A DNA stretch of 63,815 nt, counting the filler, from Reticulomyxa filosa (taxonomy: Eukaryota > Protista > Foraminifera): NCBI GenBank assembly GCA_000512085.1. It is 17 parts of 17 records of this genome, joined end to end, with 100 filler letters (N's around TTAATTAATTAA, not from the genome) between each part and the next. Parts side by side here need not be neighbours in the genome. Positions count along the whole stretch, not along the records: positions 25,825 to 33,322 come from ASPP01023506.1; positions 33,423 to 35,567 come from ASPP01042224.1; positions 35,668 to 36,667 come from ASPP01036734.1; positions 36,768 to 38,104 come from ASPP01027708.1; positions 38,205 to 41,694 come from ASPP01001446.1; positions 41,795 to 44,524 come from ASPP01012648.1; 11 more parts are not named here. The stretch is one strand, 5' to 3'. Position numbers and translations under genes: made by a program. Under the pieces are notes generated by a model. That model saw nothing but the letters and a program-made list of their open reading frames with translations. It was not told where the DNA came from and did not search any database. Shown here in pieces: positions 26,112 to 41,865 of this stretch; position 1 is the first letter of the stretch, and each line of letters opens with the position of its first letter.

Positions 26112-27894
26112 GCTATGAATTGGACTGCACCGCAGGGACTCAATTGCTGATCGCCGCTCCCACCGCGTTCGAAGGACTTGATGTCATTTGGAGCTATTCT
26201 CTCAGTTTTGAAGTTTCGAGTTTGTTTCAACATACAATTTGACGAATCCATTTTATACGTTAATAAACGAATAATATACGTGCATATTCAAATATACATA
26301 TATGTGTATATGCATATACATATATGTATGTATATGTATATATATATATACATATATGTCGAAAGAGCTCGAAAGTGCAATGGGCAGGTCGCTGGGACTC
26401 ATATTTGAAAATGCAAGATCATCAGATTCATTGGTACTCCATTTTGAACTCTTTTATGATTGTCATTTTATTGTCGGCTATGGTCGCTATGATACTTATG
26501 CGCGCTTTGCATAGAGACTTGAGACGGTGAGTAAATTGCATTGTTCACAACTCTTTGTCTACTCTCCCTGTTGTTGTTGCTGTTTCTCCAACCGAAATTT
26601 TTTTTTGTTGAAATGTGCCAAGGAAGAGGGGGGGGGAGGGGAGGGGGGACGGTCGTATATAAAGTATTGGTTGATGCGTATGTATCCGATACAGGTACAA
26701 TGCAGACCCACAAGAAATAGAGGCACAAATCGAAGAGCAAGGCTGGAAACTGGTTCACGGAGAAGTATTTCGTGCTCCAGAACATCCTTCTTTGTTTGCC
26801 ACCGTTGTCGGAAGCGGAGCGCAAGTTTGTTGAAAATATATGATTTGTGATAAATAATAAAGAATTAATAACGAATAATTAATTATTAAATAATAAATAA
26901 TAGGTAATGGTAATGGCGTTGTTGACAGTAGTATTTGCAGCTTTAGGACTATTATCTCCGGCTAGTCGGGGATCACTGATGACGGCTCTGTTGGTATTGT
27001 ACGTGATGCTGGGGATGCTGTCGGGGTATTTCAGCGCTCGTGTGTATCGAATGTTCGCAGAGACCAACTGGCAAAGTCAAACCTTGCAAACGGCGTTTTT
27101 GTTCCCAGGGGTCAACTTTGGCGTGTTTTTCATACTCAATCTCATCCTCTGGCATGAAGGGTCCACAGGGGCCGTTCCGTTCGGAACCATGTTCTTGCTC
27201 TTGCTTTTGTGGTTTGGCATTTCCGTTCCTTTAGTTTATTTGGGAGCCTTTTATGGTTACAAAAAAGACCCGCTCGAGTTCCCATGCGAAGTTATTTCTT
27301 TATTTTTATCATAAATAAATATAAATATGTATACATTTATATTTATATTTATATTTATATTTATATTTATATTTATATTTATATTTATATTTATTTATAA
27401 TTTGTTTATAGCCAAACGAAATAGCTCGGATGATTCCTCCGCAACCATGGTACTTGAAAAGAAATTTTGCAATATTGATAGGGGGGATATTGCCATTTGC
27501 TGCGGTGTTCATTGAGGTGTTTTACATAATGACAAGTGTTTGGCTACATCACTATTATTACATGTTTGGATTCTTATTGCTCGTGTTTCTCATCTTGGTC
27601 CTCACCAGCGCCGAAATTACCATTGTCATGACCTACTTCCAATTGTGTGCTGAAGACTGGCAATGGTGGTGGAGAAGCATATTCACCCCTGGAAGTGCCG
27701 CGTTGTATTTGTTTTTATATTCCATCTTGTATTTCTTCACCAAGTTAGAAATTGTCCCCTTCGCTTCGTGCTTATTGTACTTTGGCTATATGTTCTTAAT
27801 TTGCTTTGCCTTTTTTGTCGGTGCTGGAACTGTTGGATTTGCCTCCACCTTCTTCTTTGTCTACAAAATTTATGGGGCTATCAAGATTCTATGA
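26112..27894 (+). CDS. Transmembrane 9 superfamily (nonaspanin/EMP70) protein, 5'-truncated
   Basis: WAGRWDSYL, IHWYSILNS, LMRALHRD, GWKLVHGEVFR, LSPASRGSL, WFGISVPL, GGILPFAA and QLCAEDWQWWWRS. Confidence 0.95.
27336..27395 (+). repeat. (TTTATA)n intronic microsatellite
   Basis: About 9-10 tandem hexamers inside a TM9SF intron. Confidence 0.9.
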
Positions 27895-28350
27895 ATGGCA
27901 GATCACACAAATACAATTATCGAATACAACTTAATTTACTAACAGTAATTATTATAATATAATAACAATAATGGTAATCCATTAAAATTACAATAATGAA
28001 AAAAAAAACAGTATGATGTTGTTATTTTTTTTTCTTTTTTTTGAAAGTTAAAATGAATTTTACTTTCAAAGAATAATCAATTAGCTCTTCTTCATTACAT
28101 CAAATCTCACAATACTTTTATTATACCGGTACAATTCATCCTGAAAAAACTATTGTCGCCAATAAATGGAAAAAAAAAAGAACTAAACCTCAATATTTCT
28201 TGTCAATTAATAAAGACTGACAGAGTCCGAGTGTTTGGAGCCATCACCTTTTTTGTGTCTAAACTTGTTAGAGAACTAAGAAAAAATGGCCTTCCCCTCT
28301 GCTGCACTTTTTTTTTTGCGTATTTTTCTTGAGTTACTCTGAATTTTTGA

Positions 28351-30137
<1,787 letters not shown>

Positions 30138-31478
30138 AGGGCTTTAATTAATATTTTTTTGCAATGTAAAACTTTCATTGTTTGTATTTTTTTAAGTAGT
30201 TATCTCTTTAATAAATTTATCAATTTAAATTACAATTCTCTTTTTATTCAGAACATTTAATCACAAAGGTTTGGATATCTTTCTGAAAATTAAAAAAAAT
30301 ACTATCTTCATCTCCATTATCAATCTTTTCATTCAATTAAAATTTCATTATTAAAATCACATATACGATCCAATTTTCTTCAACATTAAAAAAGTCATTA
30401 TTATTTTCTTCTTTGAAAAGATTCAAAAGTAAAAAATGCACATTATAGTTTTTTCATTTTTCAAAACAATCACTCCTTCAAATCCTTTTTATCAACATTT
30501 CTATTTCAATTTGAGATATCAATCAAAAGAATATGCTATTTTTTTTTATTATCCATCGAAGTAGCCCATACATACCTCCAGTACGGCAACAAGTAATTGC
30601 AAAAAAAACTTAAATGATAAATCAATTAACATTTTCTAAAATACTTAAAGACAAAAGAGATAAATGTTGTCTATTATAATTAAATTCTTTTTAAAAAAAT
30701 GATAGTATTTAATCTTTAAAAGAAAATTCAATGAAAAAAGCAATAGCATTGAAAATAATAAAAAAATTTTCAAAAAATATTCCAAAAAATATTAAACTAA
30801 AAAGAAAATGTTTTTGTTATTATTTTTTTGTACTACATGCTTAATTGACCTAAATCAAAATACATGAAAACAGCAATTACGTTGTCATGTTATCAAAAAT
30901 GAAAATGATGCGTTTTTTTTTAGATTGAGTATTTGCGAGGCGATTAAAATTGGAGACAGTTGCGACAAAGCAATTGTAACTAATTTGAAAATTGTTTTGA
31001 AAAAAAAATTGCACTTTTGATATTGTAATAATTTTGATGTTTATCTTTTTTTAACAATAAAATTTTGTTGAAAAAAAAAAAATTAAAAATTGTGGATTTT
31101 TGATTATTAAAGTTAAAAAAACAGATGGCAAGGTTTTTTCGACTTCAATTTTGGTCCACAAATCACACGAGCCAACCGAACTAAACACACGTTTAAAAAA
31201 AAGGGAAGAAAAAAAAAAAAAGATACACTTTCGTTTGCGTCCACAAACTTAAAATAACCAAACAACACAAAAATTTTGGTTTTTAAATGTTTCAAAACGA
31301 ACGCGTTTCGTGAGAAAAAGTCCAAACGTACAAAAAAGAGAGATGGGAAAAAAAAGGAAGGAAAAAACAAAAAACCCCACACCGAAACACTAAAAATACA
31401 ACACAAACAATGTCTTGGGTTGAACAGTTGAAAATCTTTACTTTTCACCTTCCTATAATAACATCAACCAAAGCAACC

Positions 31479-33322
31479 TTATATGCAAATGTTTTTTAAA
31501 AATGGATTAATTTGAATACAGCATACATCAGAGTCCGAAGAATTTTCTTCGCAGTCTTCCACAAATTTAGTTTGTGCGGTATCATTAGCGTCACCCAAAA
31601 CCTGACTAAATAACGCATCCAACTCCGAACTGCATGCGCCTCCACCTCCCCCTTGGCTAAAAATTTGAGGACAAGCATTGGTTTGCGTTTCAATTTCGTG
31701 GCTAATGACTTGAACAAAATTGGACCATTTGGAGTGATGTTCAAAAAATTGAACAATGTCCCATTGATCTTCAGACTCATTGCTTAAATTAGATTTCAAC
31801 ACAAACTCGCCATTGTTTTCAAATGTCTCGCTCTCGTTGTCTTCTTCTTGGTCATTTTCTTTGCTGTTATCTCCATCGTTTTCGTCATTGTCCGTTGCAA
31901 TGTCCGTGCTGTCTTCGCGTTTTACTTCTTCGCTATTACTATTGGCGTCACCGTCACCGTCACCATCATCATTGATGATGACAGAAGAAGCGGAACCTGC
32001 GTCGGATTGACAGTCTTCTTGGTCAGTTTCATCGTGGGTCTCACTTTCCTTGTTTTCCTCATTGTCCATTGGTTGGGGTTCACGTTGGTCGTGATGATAC
32101 ATGTCCCATAACATTTGTAATAAATATGCGTGCAATGCTATTATTATTATTTTTTTTCCCAATGTATATACGTGTGTATGTGTGCGACTCTCAATGCAGT
32201 CATAGGTTCATTTGATCATACATCATAAGTTTGATAACGAAAAATTGGGAGGACAAATGAAACGAAAACAAAACTGGTTCGAGGGGCATCATTGTTGTAA
32301 AAATCAACAAAGCGATCCAACAAGTTGCGCTCGACGAATAAGTACTTTAAATATCTTCGTCGGAATATCATACACAAATGGATCAACCTGCGGAAATGGC
32401 ACAAAAAAAAGTTGTTTGTTTTATGGATAAACGCCATTTCCACAATGGCATCCCAAAATTCGTGCGTCAGTTTGGCAAGCACTTTCGCGCATTTGAAGTT
32501 TGCCAAATCCGCGGACATTGTCAATAGCTCCAAGCAGTTTAAACGCACTTGTCCAAAAGGCTTTTGAATTACGCCTCCGGCCAAAGGAACTGGCTCCAAT
32601 CTATTCAAAGTATAAACAAAACATGGTTCGTTTCGTTCTCTTTTCTTCTTCTTCAATTTTTAAAATTGAAAAGAAAAATAAGTGAGAGAAAAGAAAAGAG
32701 AGAAGGGGAGGATTTTTACTCTGTTGTTTTCTCATTTATTAACGGTTTTGGTGGATACAAAATTGCTTGGCAAAGCTTTGGAATATATACATGCAATCGC
32801 TTAAGAGATTTCTGGAAAAGAAACAATAAGCCACAGATCACAACAAAATATTTAATAATATATACACATATATATGTACATATATGTATATGTTTAAATT
32901 ATCAACACATAAATGAAAAACTTAACGTTGAACATAAGATGCAAGACATTGGGCGAAGGATCAGGTGCGCCTAGTCCTAACATGTCCGTGTATGCTTGGG
33001 TCGGGTTAATGACGGTCAGTTGTGAGCATATATCTAAAAACTGAACTAGCACTTGACCGCATGTAACGCGATGCCAGAGTATCCTTGTGTCGTCTTCATC
33101 GAGTAGTGCCTTCGCCGTGCTGTCCACGATCAATTGCTCGTACCCATGGAACAGCAATGCAGCCTCTTCCATTGACGCCGAACGCGCTACCAAATCTATG
33201 AAAAACGTGGCATATTTTGTGGCGGTGTCATCTCCGTGCTTTGCTGACGACGACACCTCCAGCAAATATTCCATAAAACGCCACTCTCGAATTAATTTCA
33301 ATAATTGCTCCTTTTTTTTTTT
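31479..33322 (-). CDS. SAPS / PP6 regulatory subunit-like protein, 5'-truncated
   Basis: KPFGQVRLNCLELL and AFIHKTNNFF resemble the SAPS PLG..RL and F..Y.WNNFLH motifs; also WSNFV and an acidic region. Confidence 0.7.
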
Positions 33323-33569
33323 NNNNNNNNNNNNNNNNNNNNNNNNNNNNNNNNNNNNNNNNNNNNTTAATTAATTAANNNNNNNNNNNNNNNNNNNNNN
33401 NNNNNNNNNNNNNNNNNNNNNNGGTTTAGAAAGCAAGGAGCGCAAAAAAAATTACAAAGGTGTTTTACAAAATTTTTAAAAACCCGGAATTCAAACCTTT
33501 TCGGTTCCAACGTTTTCTTAAAATTCAAAAAATTAAATGAAACATTCAAATTTTTGAAAAATTTTTGAA

Positions 33570-33680
33570 AGATATGGTGAAAAACCGGATCTGTAGATAT
33601 TTTTTAAAAAAATTAATTGAATATTGTTTCTTCACGACAAAAATAAATCATCTTCATGGTGAAGAGTAAGATTGTATAAT
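33570..33680 (-). mobile_element. Degenerate Tc1-family TIR remnant
   Basis: GTAGATATTTTTAAAA...TTGTTTCTTCACG...AATCATCT resembles the right TIR at 48925-48995. Confidence 0.45.
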
Positions 33681-34886
33681 TGCAATATTTTGAAAAGAAA
33701 TATTTCTTTACATATAATTTTATACTCTTTCCAAAATATTTCAACTTTTTATTTGTTTTTGAAAGAAATTTTGTCTCCTTTTCAAAAATTTGGTTCACAA
33801 AGTGCGGTGTAATAGTGCCAAAGCAAAAAGAAAGAAAAAAGGCGTCGTCATTCACAAACAAACATGTTGTAATAGTTTGAAATTTTATTTGATATGTTTT
33901 GGATGAGAAGAAAAAAAAAGCATGAAAAAGCTACACAATTACAAGATTGCACAATAAATGATAAAACCAAGTAACGGTGAATATATTTTGATGACCGAAC
34001 ACAATACTCGTCCGACCCTTTTCAAATAAAATTTGGTGTCAGCTGTTTTTTCCACAGGCCACCCAAAAAAGAGTTGTACAGTGCTAATCACAATATTTCA
34101 CTTTATAAAAACCTTTTTTTACCTCTAATTAGAGCAAAATATATTGCAAATTGTACTTTTGGTTTGTAGATGCAAGGCAGTGATAATCCACATCTTAGAA
34201 TAAAGTCCAATTACAAATATCAATGCTTTTAACAATCCAATTTATTGTTATTTCATTTTTGCATTATCTTCTCGATCAGCCAACAGGCTACAAATACTAC
34301 TTTTGGTATTACTTAAACATCAGCGTCTTTAAAATACATTGATTTTGGTAAATCTGTACTTTTATTACAAAGAAAAATTGGTGGAGAATAAATTTTCACA
34401 AAGCGTTTTGCAAGTGATCAAAATTTTGTTTTGATTTTTCCTTGAAAAGTTCACATATTACGAAGATGGGTTTGAAGACAGTGAATGCTTTTGTCAAGCA
34501 AAGTGTCAAAAATGCATTGAATACTTTGAGTCTTAATTTCAAATTTTATCCTTGTAACCAAAAAGTGTCTTGAAATCCTATAATAAAAGATAACACATAC
34601 AACATATTTTATGTTCTATTTGACGATATTTCGAAGGAAAAATTGAAAGGAAATCACAAATACTCAAAAAAGAAAATTATTTGAAAATGAATTATTGGAT
34701 CAAGTATTCTTATTAACTTGGCTCGAGTTACGATTCAATGAGTCTTTTTGAAGAAAAAAACTGCAAAGACTTAACAACAATCCAAATCTTAGATTGAATG
34801 AATTAAAAAGGAAATCAAAACAAACTTTTGTTAATGTCTTTTCACTTAAAAAAAAAATGATAAATCAAAAATTCATTCATATATGT

Positions 34887-35567
34887 TCATCCCCAAACAC
34901 AAATTGAGCCATTACTTAAACCATAACATAAGTTAATACAAATATTATCATTTGATTTTTGTTTATTGTTATTTTCTTTCTGTTTCAACTCCATAAATTT
35001 AAGACATAATACTTCTTTATCTACTTTCATCACATGCAATATATTCTTATTTGATCGAATATCCCAAAAATGAATGGTTTTATCCCATGACCCTGAACAT
35101 ATCACATTTGAATTACCACCAAATTCGCTATTCTTTACTATAAATGGTGAATATGCAACAGCGCTGACACTCTCTGTATGTCCATTGAACACTTGAATTT
35201 TTTTACCAGATCGAATATCCCACAAGCGAACACTTTCATCTTCTGATCCAGATAATATTGTATTTAATAATTCATTTGATCCATACTTTACACTATGTAT
35301 ATGATCTTCATGTCCTTTGAATACATTCAATTGTTTTGTTGTTTCGATATCCCATATTCGAATGGTTTCATCATATGATCCAGAACAAATTGTATATCCA
35401 TTTCCACCGATCACACCAATGTCATTTTTTTTTTTGCTGTTATCATTGCTCTGCAATGGTGAAATATCTACACACCAAACAAGATCTTCATGTCCATTGA
35501 AAATATGTAATGATTTTGATGTTTTGACATCCCATAAACGAATTGTGTTGTCTAATGATCCAGAACA
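34887..35567 (-). CDS. WD40-repeat protein, C-terminal part
   Basis: Repeated ICSGSYDETIRIWDI, GHED, SGSEDESVRLWDIRSG and SGSWDKTIHFWDIR. Confidence 0.93.
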   Translation of the reverse strand, partial: CSGSLDNTIRLWDVKTSKSLHIFNGHEDLVWCVDISPLQSNDNSKKKNDIGVIGGNGYTICSGSYDETIRIWDIETTKQLNVFKGHEDHIHSVKYGSNELLNTILSGSEDESVRLWDIRSGKKIQVFNGHTESVSAVAYSPFIVKNSEFGGNSNVICSGSWDKTIHFWDIRSNKNILHVMKVDKEVLCLKFMELKQKENNNKQKSNDNICINLCYGLSNGSICVWG

Positions 35568-35667
35568 NNNNNNNNNNNNNNNNNNNNNNNNNNNNNNNNN
35601 NNNNNNNNNNNTTAATTAATTAANNNNNNNNNNNNNNNNNNNNNNNNNNNNNNNNNNNNNNNNNNNN

Positions 35668-36667
35668 CCAGGTCTGTCCTGCGCTTTGACACGTCGTCCA
35701 TCCTCCCTTCGTTTTTGTTCGTCGTGTCCAGTGGCACTCCATTGAAGAGGTCATTGGCATTGCTGGCCCAGCAGTTGGGCTTGAATTATGTGTACAAGAA
35801 CTGCATTGACTTATTGGGAGCCACCATTCCGCAAACTGTTTTGTAGAGTCCATCTTTGATCTTTTGGAATATTTTAACAAGGAATAGAAGAGACATCATA
35901 CAAGCAAACTGCAAATGATAATTTTTTTTTTTTTAAAAAAAATTATTAAATAAATCAATAAAATAAAAAAAAAAAATAAAAATAAAAATAAAAAAAAAAG
36001 TGCACACACGTATCGAGCTTTTTAAATGAGGCAATGGCATGCTCTCCCGTGGTACTGCATTTGCATGGCCTGAAAATATTTTCGTTTGAAACGCAAGCAC
36101 ACCAGTTTTACAACGTGGACGGGCCCAAGCCAATGCAGCCTGTGGTCCACGTCTTCACCTCGTTCTTCCAACGCTACTCGCGATTACGTGCGAAGCAGCT
36201 GCAACAATACCATCGCGGAGGAAAACAAGGAAGAGGAGGAGGAGGAGGAGGAGGTAGAGGCAGTAGAGGTAGTGGTGGTGTCCAACAGTCCAAACTAGTC
36301 ATATTGGTTGGCAGCAGCGATAACCTCCACGATCTGACTCCAGAACTCCGCGCGCTGTTTACGTACGAACACGTGTTGGAGCCTCCGACCTTGCAGGACA
36401 GCGAGATTGTGCCGGAGGCACTCCGCAATTACATCCGCACCGACAGCTCGAAGCGCCCATCGACAGTAACTCAAAAGGCCATCGAACTGAATTCGGATAA
36501 AAAGGAGACAGCCAAAAAAAAAAACAAGTCGGAGTCGGAGGACAAGAACGACCAAGTTCAATCGAAACGTCAAGACAAGGCAAGCGAATCGGAGGAGGAA
36601 AAGGATAACAATAACAATAACAATAACAATAACAATAATAATAAGGATAAGGACAAAATAGACGAAG
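35668..36667 (+). CDS. AAA+ ATPase fragment, PEX6-like degenerate D1 domain
   Basis: QLGLNYVYKNCIDLL, ACSPVVLHL and VILVGSSDNLHDLTPELRALFTYE resemble the peroxin-6 D1 region. Truncated at both ends. Confidence 0.55.
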
Positions 36668-38215
36668 NNNNNNNNNNNNNNNNNNNNNNNNNNNNNNNNN
36701 NNNNNNNNNNNTTAATTAATTAANNNNNNNNNNNNNNNNNNNNNNNNNNNNNNNNNNNNNNNNNNNNTTGAAATAAAAATCAGGTGATATTAAACTTGTT
36801 TAATTTTTGATTAAATATAAGTATTTAAAAATGTGTTATATGTTACTTTGTTGTTTAAAAAATTGAAAACTCTATATTCAATATTTTTATAAAAATTAAA
36901 CAGCATAATTAATGAAAATTGTATTCAAATATCAAAATAAATTACAAGATATTTCAAGTATTGTGTTTTTTGTATAAAATTGAACATGATTGTCTTTGTA
37001 TTAATTCATGATATATATTTTTTCTGTTTTGAAAAATATAGAATATTTTTACATTGAATTTTTTCAAAAACGAATACAAGTTTATCTGTGAATATCCAAG
37101 TTGTGTTAAATTACGAGGATAAATCACTTTGTTATCTTTTGGATCTAATTATATTGGGGAAAATAAATATACATTGGTGATGAAATATATAAAATTAAAT
37201 GGATTAAACAATTACAATCAATGGATCCCTTTCATAGACAATCATAATCATCCAATTGATTGGTGGTAGGATTATCAATTGAATATGCTAAAGATAAAAT
37301 TAGTGCACAAGTATTCAATTTGAAAAAACAAATGAATGACAGATATTTCAAAACACTTTACCCAATTTTGTTGCAATATTGAGTGAAGACAACACGTATG
37401 TGCATATAACAAAGGAGCTGTGTCAACACATATGAAAACTGAACTGAGAGAATGGTTGAGTAAAGAAGAAATGAAAAAGGAATTTGATTGCAAATGGAAG
37501 GAGAGATCGATGGTAATGAGAATGAATGAACACAAATGGAAAAATGAAATCACAAAAGATGATATTGATTTAATTTGGTTCTCAGTAATGAAGAGAATGA
37601 AGTTGATAAATAGTGTCTTTTTTTTTTCCATCTAAATTACAATAACAAAATACAAAATAGTTGACAGCATATGTGGTAGTGAACAACTTTTTCGTCAAAG
37701 TTATAAGTGCTTGGAATGGAAAGACATTCAAAAAATGATAAATAATCATTTAAAGCTTGAATTGGTCAATATGAAAGATAATATTATTGAATCGGAAAAA
37801 GATGTGGAAGAAACAATCTTCATTTAAAATAATTTGGCGGTGATGACACAAAATGGTCTAATCTTCCAAATGTGTGAATTATGCAACAGAACATAGCAAT
37901 TTTCAGTCAGATATGAAAATTTATATACGGGTTTGTCAATAATATCTTTTCAAAGTTGTAAAAATGTCTCAAGAGAATTGAATATTACTTACATATTTCT
38001 TTGCTTTAAATATTATAACAATCATTTGATTTCTTGTGTTTTTAGACATAACATATTATTACATCTGAAAATAGATTGTTTATGGGATATTCGATCTGGT
38101 CATTNNNNNNNNNNNNNNNNNNNNNNNNNNNNNNNNNNNNNNNNNNNNTTAATTAATTAANNNNNNNNNNNNNNNNNNNNNNNNNNNNNNNNNNNNNNNN
38201 NNNNAAAAAAAAAAA

Positions 38216-38246
<31 letters not shown>

Positions 38247-38249
38247 GTT

Positions 38250-38563
38250 GTGTATATGTTAACATTGTCTGACTGTGCAAAGTCAAAAACGATGCAACAA
38301 AGCTTCAATTTTTTGATAAATAAGGAACGCTTTTTTTCTGGGTCGGTTGTCTCACGCAGTAATGGCACATTGTCCAATAAGTCCCTTTCCGTATATTCTG
38401 GCTGTGAACCCTCTGGAGGCTTTTTGTCTGCCACCGTCGGTTGCTTGGGCTTGTCTTCGCTCTTGTCTTGTCCTCCACGGCCGTTCAAAGACACTCCCTG
38501 GAGATCACGCTTCTGAGCTCCTACTCTTCGTCGGAGATTCTCTATTATCTTTCTTACATGCAT
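38250..38563 (-). CDS. PP2A regulatory subunit B56 (B') family, first exon
   Basis: VPLLRETTDPEKKRSLFIKKLKLCCIVFDF is the start of the B56 domain. Confidence 0.85.
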
Positions 38564-39199
38564 TATCTCTATCCACTTTTTATTGCGTTAGATCAATTTA
38601 ATACAATATTGCTGCACAGGAAAATAAATGATAACTATTTTGATGTTCCCTTTGAACAAACAAGAAAAAAAATTTTTTTCCGACTAAATTCAGAATGTAG
38701 TGCAATTTCAAATGTTGTGAAAAATAATAAAGTCGAAAGGAAAAAAAATAAGAGAGGTAGCATTGCACGACAGAATAACAGCACAATAAAATCTTTTGTA
38801 ACAAATGACAAAGTTATGACGTAACAAACAAAGATGACAAATTCCTGAATTTTCTGTCGTTTGTAAGAAGACAAAAATAACTTTATTCATACAAAAAGTT
38901 TGACAAGGGAGTAGATTTTCCTTTTTTTTATTGTCATGTCAATACTTATTTTATTTAATTTTAAACAAAAACGTCGATATGTTCATGGTTTCGTTATTTA
39001 AAATAGAAACTGGTTAGTGAATAAGCACCAATTAATATATTTGTGTGAATTGTAAAATATGATATAGAAATTGAAATTGCATACAAGTTTAGTTTAAAAA
39101 AAAAAAACGACGAAATTTCTTAAGTTTTCCGTTTTCTTGAAAGGGGATTTTCACTAGCTCAAAAAAAGTCAAATATTGGGACATGTAAAAGGAGAAAAT

Positions 39200-39720
39200 A
39201 TTGAGAATATTATCACAAAAACGTTAACAGGGCTGCTTTTACAGTTTTTAATAAGTGTTTGAAAGGTCTAGAAGCAGACTTGCGAATTTCTTTATGGGGA
39301 GGAGACTGACATTGGAGAACGTGGAACTGAGCTTGCATGGATTTAGTGATAAGTTGAAAATAGAAGAAAACATTGACAACACATGGCAAATAACAAAAGA
39401 ATTTGTTCGTAAATTGTAAATATCGATACATTGGTCAAGAGTCAAATCAAGATTAGTTGAGATCAATATCAACGGCTTGGAATTTATAGTGAGTTCATTG
39501 CACAATATACAAAGTCTCAATTGCTGCATATTAAAAAAGTCAAGTGAATCAATACACTACAATAATAAGATGAACTAACTTTAAGTTTGCAGACAATACG
39601 GAACAAAGGAAGATGAAGACGAAGAGACAGACGACATTGACGGAAATGACAACGAGCAAGACGAAGATGAGCTTGCAAATGACAAAATTAGCAGTTATTC
39701 ATCGAAATCAACAAAGCAAA
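39200..39720 (+). pseudogene. Chorein-N (VPS13, VPS13B-like) N-terminal pseudogene fragment
   Basis: NKCLKGLEADLRISLWGGD[frameshift]TLENVELSL...FVRKL*ISIHWSRVKSRLVEININGLEFIV, followed by an acidic stretch. Confidence 0.7.
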
Positions 39721-40389
39721 AAATAACAACAATAATAGAAGTAATCGTAGTATATAAGTAATGGATTAATACTAGCACCATTGACAGTCAGAGTGGAAGT
39801 AAACATTGAATTAAAAATCAAGAATTTGATGTCGTCTTGCACAGTTATCACTTTTCAAATAACACAAGTCCAAAACTAAGATAAGTCCAATCAAGGATTC
39901 AGAAATTCTACGAATTTCATAACAGATTTTAAATATAATAAATAAACAAATAGACTTTTAAACAAATAAATACATGCAGATGAAAGATATTCGCATTGTA
40001 TCAAATACAAGTAATTTGGTATTTTTGAACGTTTTATGTCTTTGTGTTATATATTATTTAAATATGTATATGTACTATGTATGGACATATTATTTATTAA
40101 ATTTAATGTTAAATAAATTTGAAAGTGGGAAAGTGTAAAGTCATGTTATGGTGCAATTGATTAAAAAGGGCATGAAAATGAAATTTAGTGTTGATCACAA
40201 ATATAGTGGTTTGGTGTTATATGTAATGATGAACGTTAACAATACAATGTCATTTGATTTGATAGAACCAATAATATATTCGATTGTAGTTTCATTTAGT
40301 GGATAATTGATATAGTACGCAATGTAATCAGTAGCTAATTTGATTTTTTTGAAAGCAAGATAAATGATAATTTTTCACCAGAAACTATA

Positions 40390-41480
40390 CAGTTGAGGTA
40401 AATAAATATACTTTTGAATGTATTATTAACCTTTTAATTCAATGTACTTTTTGATTATTTTCATATGGTAAAAATCAATTAAAAAAATATTTATTTTTAG
40501 TTTAGAATTGACTAAAAAATTATAAATTTGAATTTTTAAACGACAAAAATATAAGAAAATTAGTATGAATATAGAAAAATTAAGATTGTAGAAATTTTAT
40601 TGAAAAAATGACTGTCTTATCGAAGAAACTGAAATTAGTATTGGGAAAATAAGTCAAATTAAAAGAAAAGCAATAATTCGAAGTAATGCGAACATTACAA
40701 AAACACAAAATAGACTTCACAAAAAATGGATATTAGATCGAAAAAAAGTTAATACGTTTACTAGTATCTGGCAAATGTTCTAAAGCTACTGGAATGAAGA
40801 AAGAAGGAAATTTATAGTCCTTTCACTACTATATCTGTTTCAACTTGCAAAAGAATTTTTATCGTGCTGGTTTCGTGGAAGGTCAAAATAAAAAAATTAT
40901 ATCTTAAAAAAATAAATAGTTAAAAACGTTTAATATTGATATCAATTATATAAATTGGACAATTGAAGAATGGAAGAAAGTAATGTGGTCAGACGAAAGT
41001 AAGTTAAGTGTTTTTGACTCAAATGGTCAGCAGTATTGCCGGAGAAAACGTGGAGAACAAATTCAAGATAATAATTTAATTACAACAATAAAGCATGGTG
41101 GAGGATATTTCATGATAGGGTTGTATGGAGTAAAATCGATAATACTCTAGATATTGCATTGTATCAAACAATTGTAAGGGATAAACTAATGAAAACATTA
41201 ATGATATCAAATGGAAAAACGTAATATTATTTTTCAACATGACAATGATCCAAAACATAAATCAAAATCGACACAATAACGGATTGCAAAAAATAATATT
41301 AATATTCTTCAGTGGCCTTCACAGTCGCCAAATATAAGTCCGATGGACACTTGCAAAATGAATTAAAACGATGCATTTAAAATTGTAAAAATCAGCTGAC
41401 ATCAACACAAAGCTTGCGGTAAATTATTCAAAAAAAAATGGAAAAAATTAATTAGCAATATGCTGGAAAGTGTTTTAAAA
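40390..41480 (+). mobile_element. Degenerate Tc1-like DDE transposon
   Basis: WTIEEWKKVMWSDESK, TIKHGGG, FQHDNDPKHKSK and WPSQSPNISP with stops and frameshifts. Probable left end TA-CAGTTGAGG at 40388-40398. Confidence 0.88.
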
Positions 41481-41548
41481 ATAAATAAAAAAAAAGACCA
41501 TATAAAATGGTACCTTTCACTTTTTTTTACAACGTAAAACATCATATT

Positions 41549-41666
41549 AAAAAAAAAAAAAGAAGGAAAAAGCGAAAAAGAAAAAGTTTAATTCAGGCGG
41601 CGCCCATTGGCGCCGCCTGAAACAAACTATTTCTTTTTGCTTTTGTCTTCTTTTTTTTTTTTTTTC
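41549..41666. repeat. Imperfect palindrome with a perfect GC-rich core
   Basis: TTCAGGCGGCGCC-CATT-GGCGCCGCCTGAA (41592-41621), extended by near-complementary A-rich and T-rich arms. Confidence 0.9.
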
Positions 41667-41794
41667 CAAAACAACCTAAAAAAAAGTTGGATGTNNNNNN
41701 NNNNNNNNNNNNNNNNNNNNNNNNNNNNNNNNNNNNNNTTAATTAATTAANNNNNNNNNNNNNNNNNNNNNNNNNNNNNNNNNNNNNNNNNNNN

Positions 41795-41827
<33 letters not shown>

Positions 41828-41865
41828 CTCCTCCCCTTCCTCCTTTTGCAAAAAATGTCAAATAG

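Noticed and set aside
27209-27515. YIYIYI / KYKYKY / FIFIFI ORFs
   Set aside because: Translations of an intronic hexamer microsatellite.
36768-38104. Short ORFs and a terminal LWDIRSG WD40-like fragment
   Set aside because: Too fragmentary and stop-ridden to assign.
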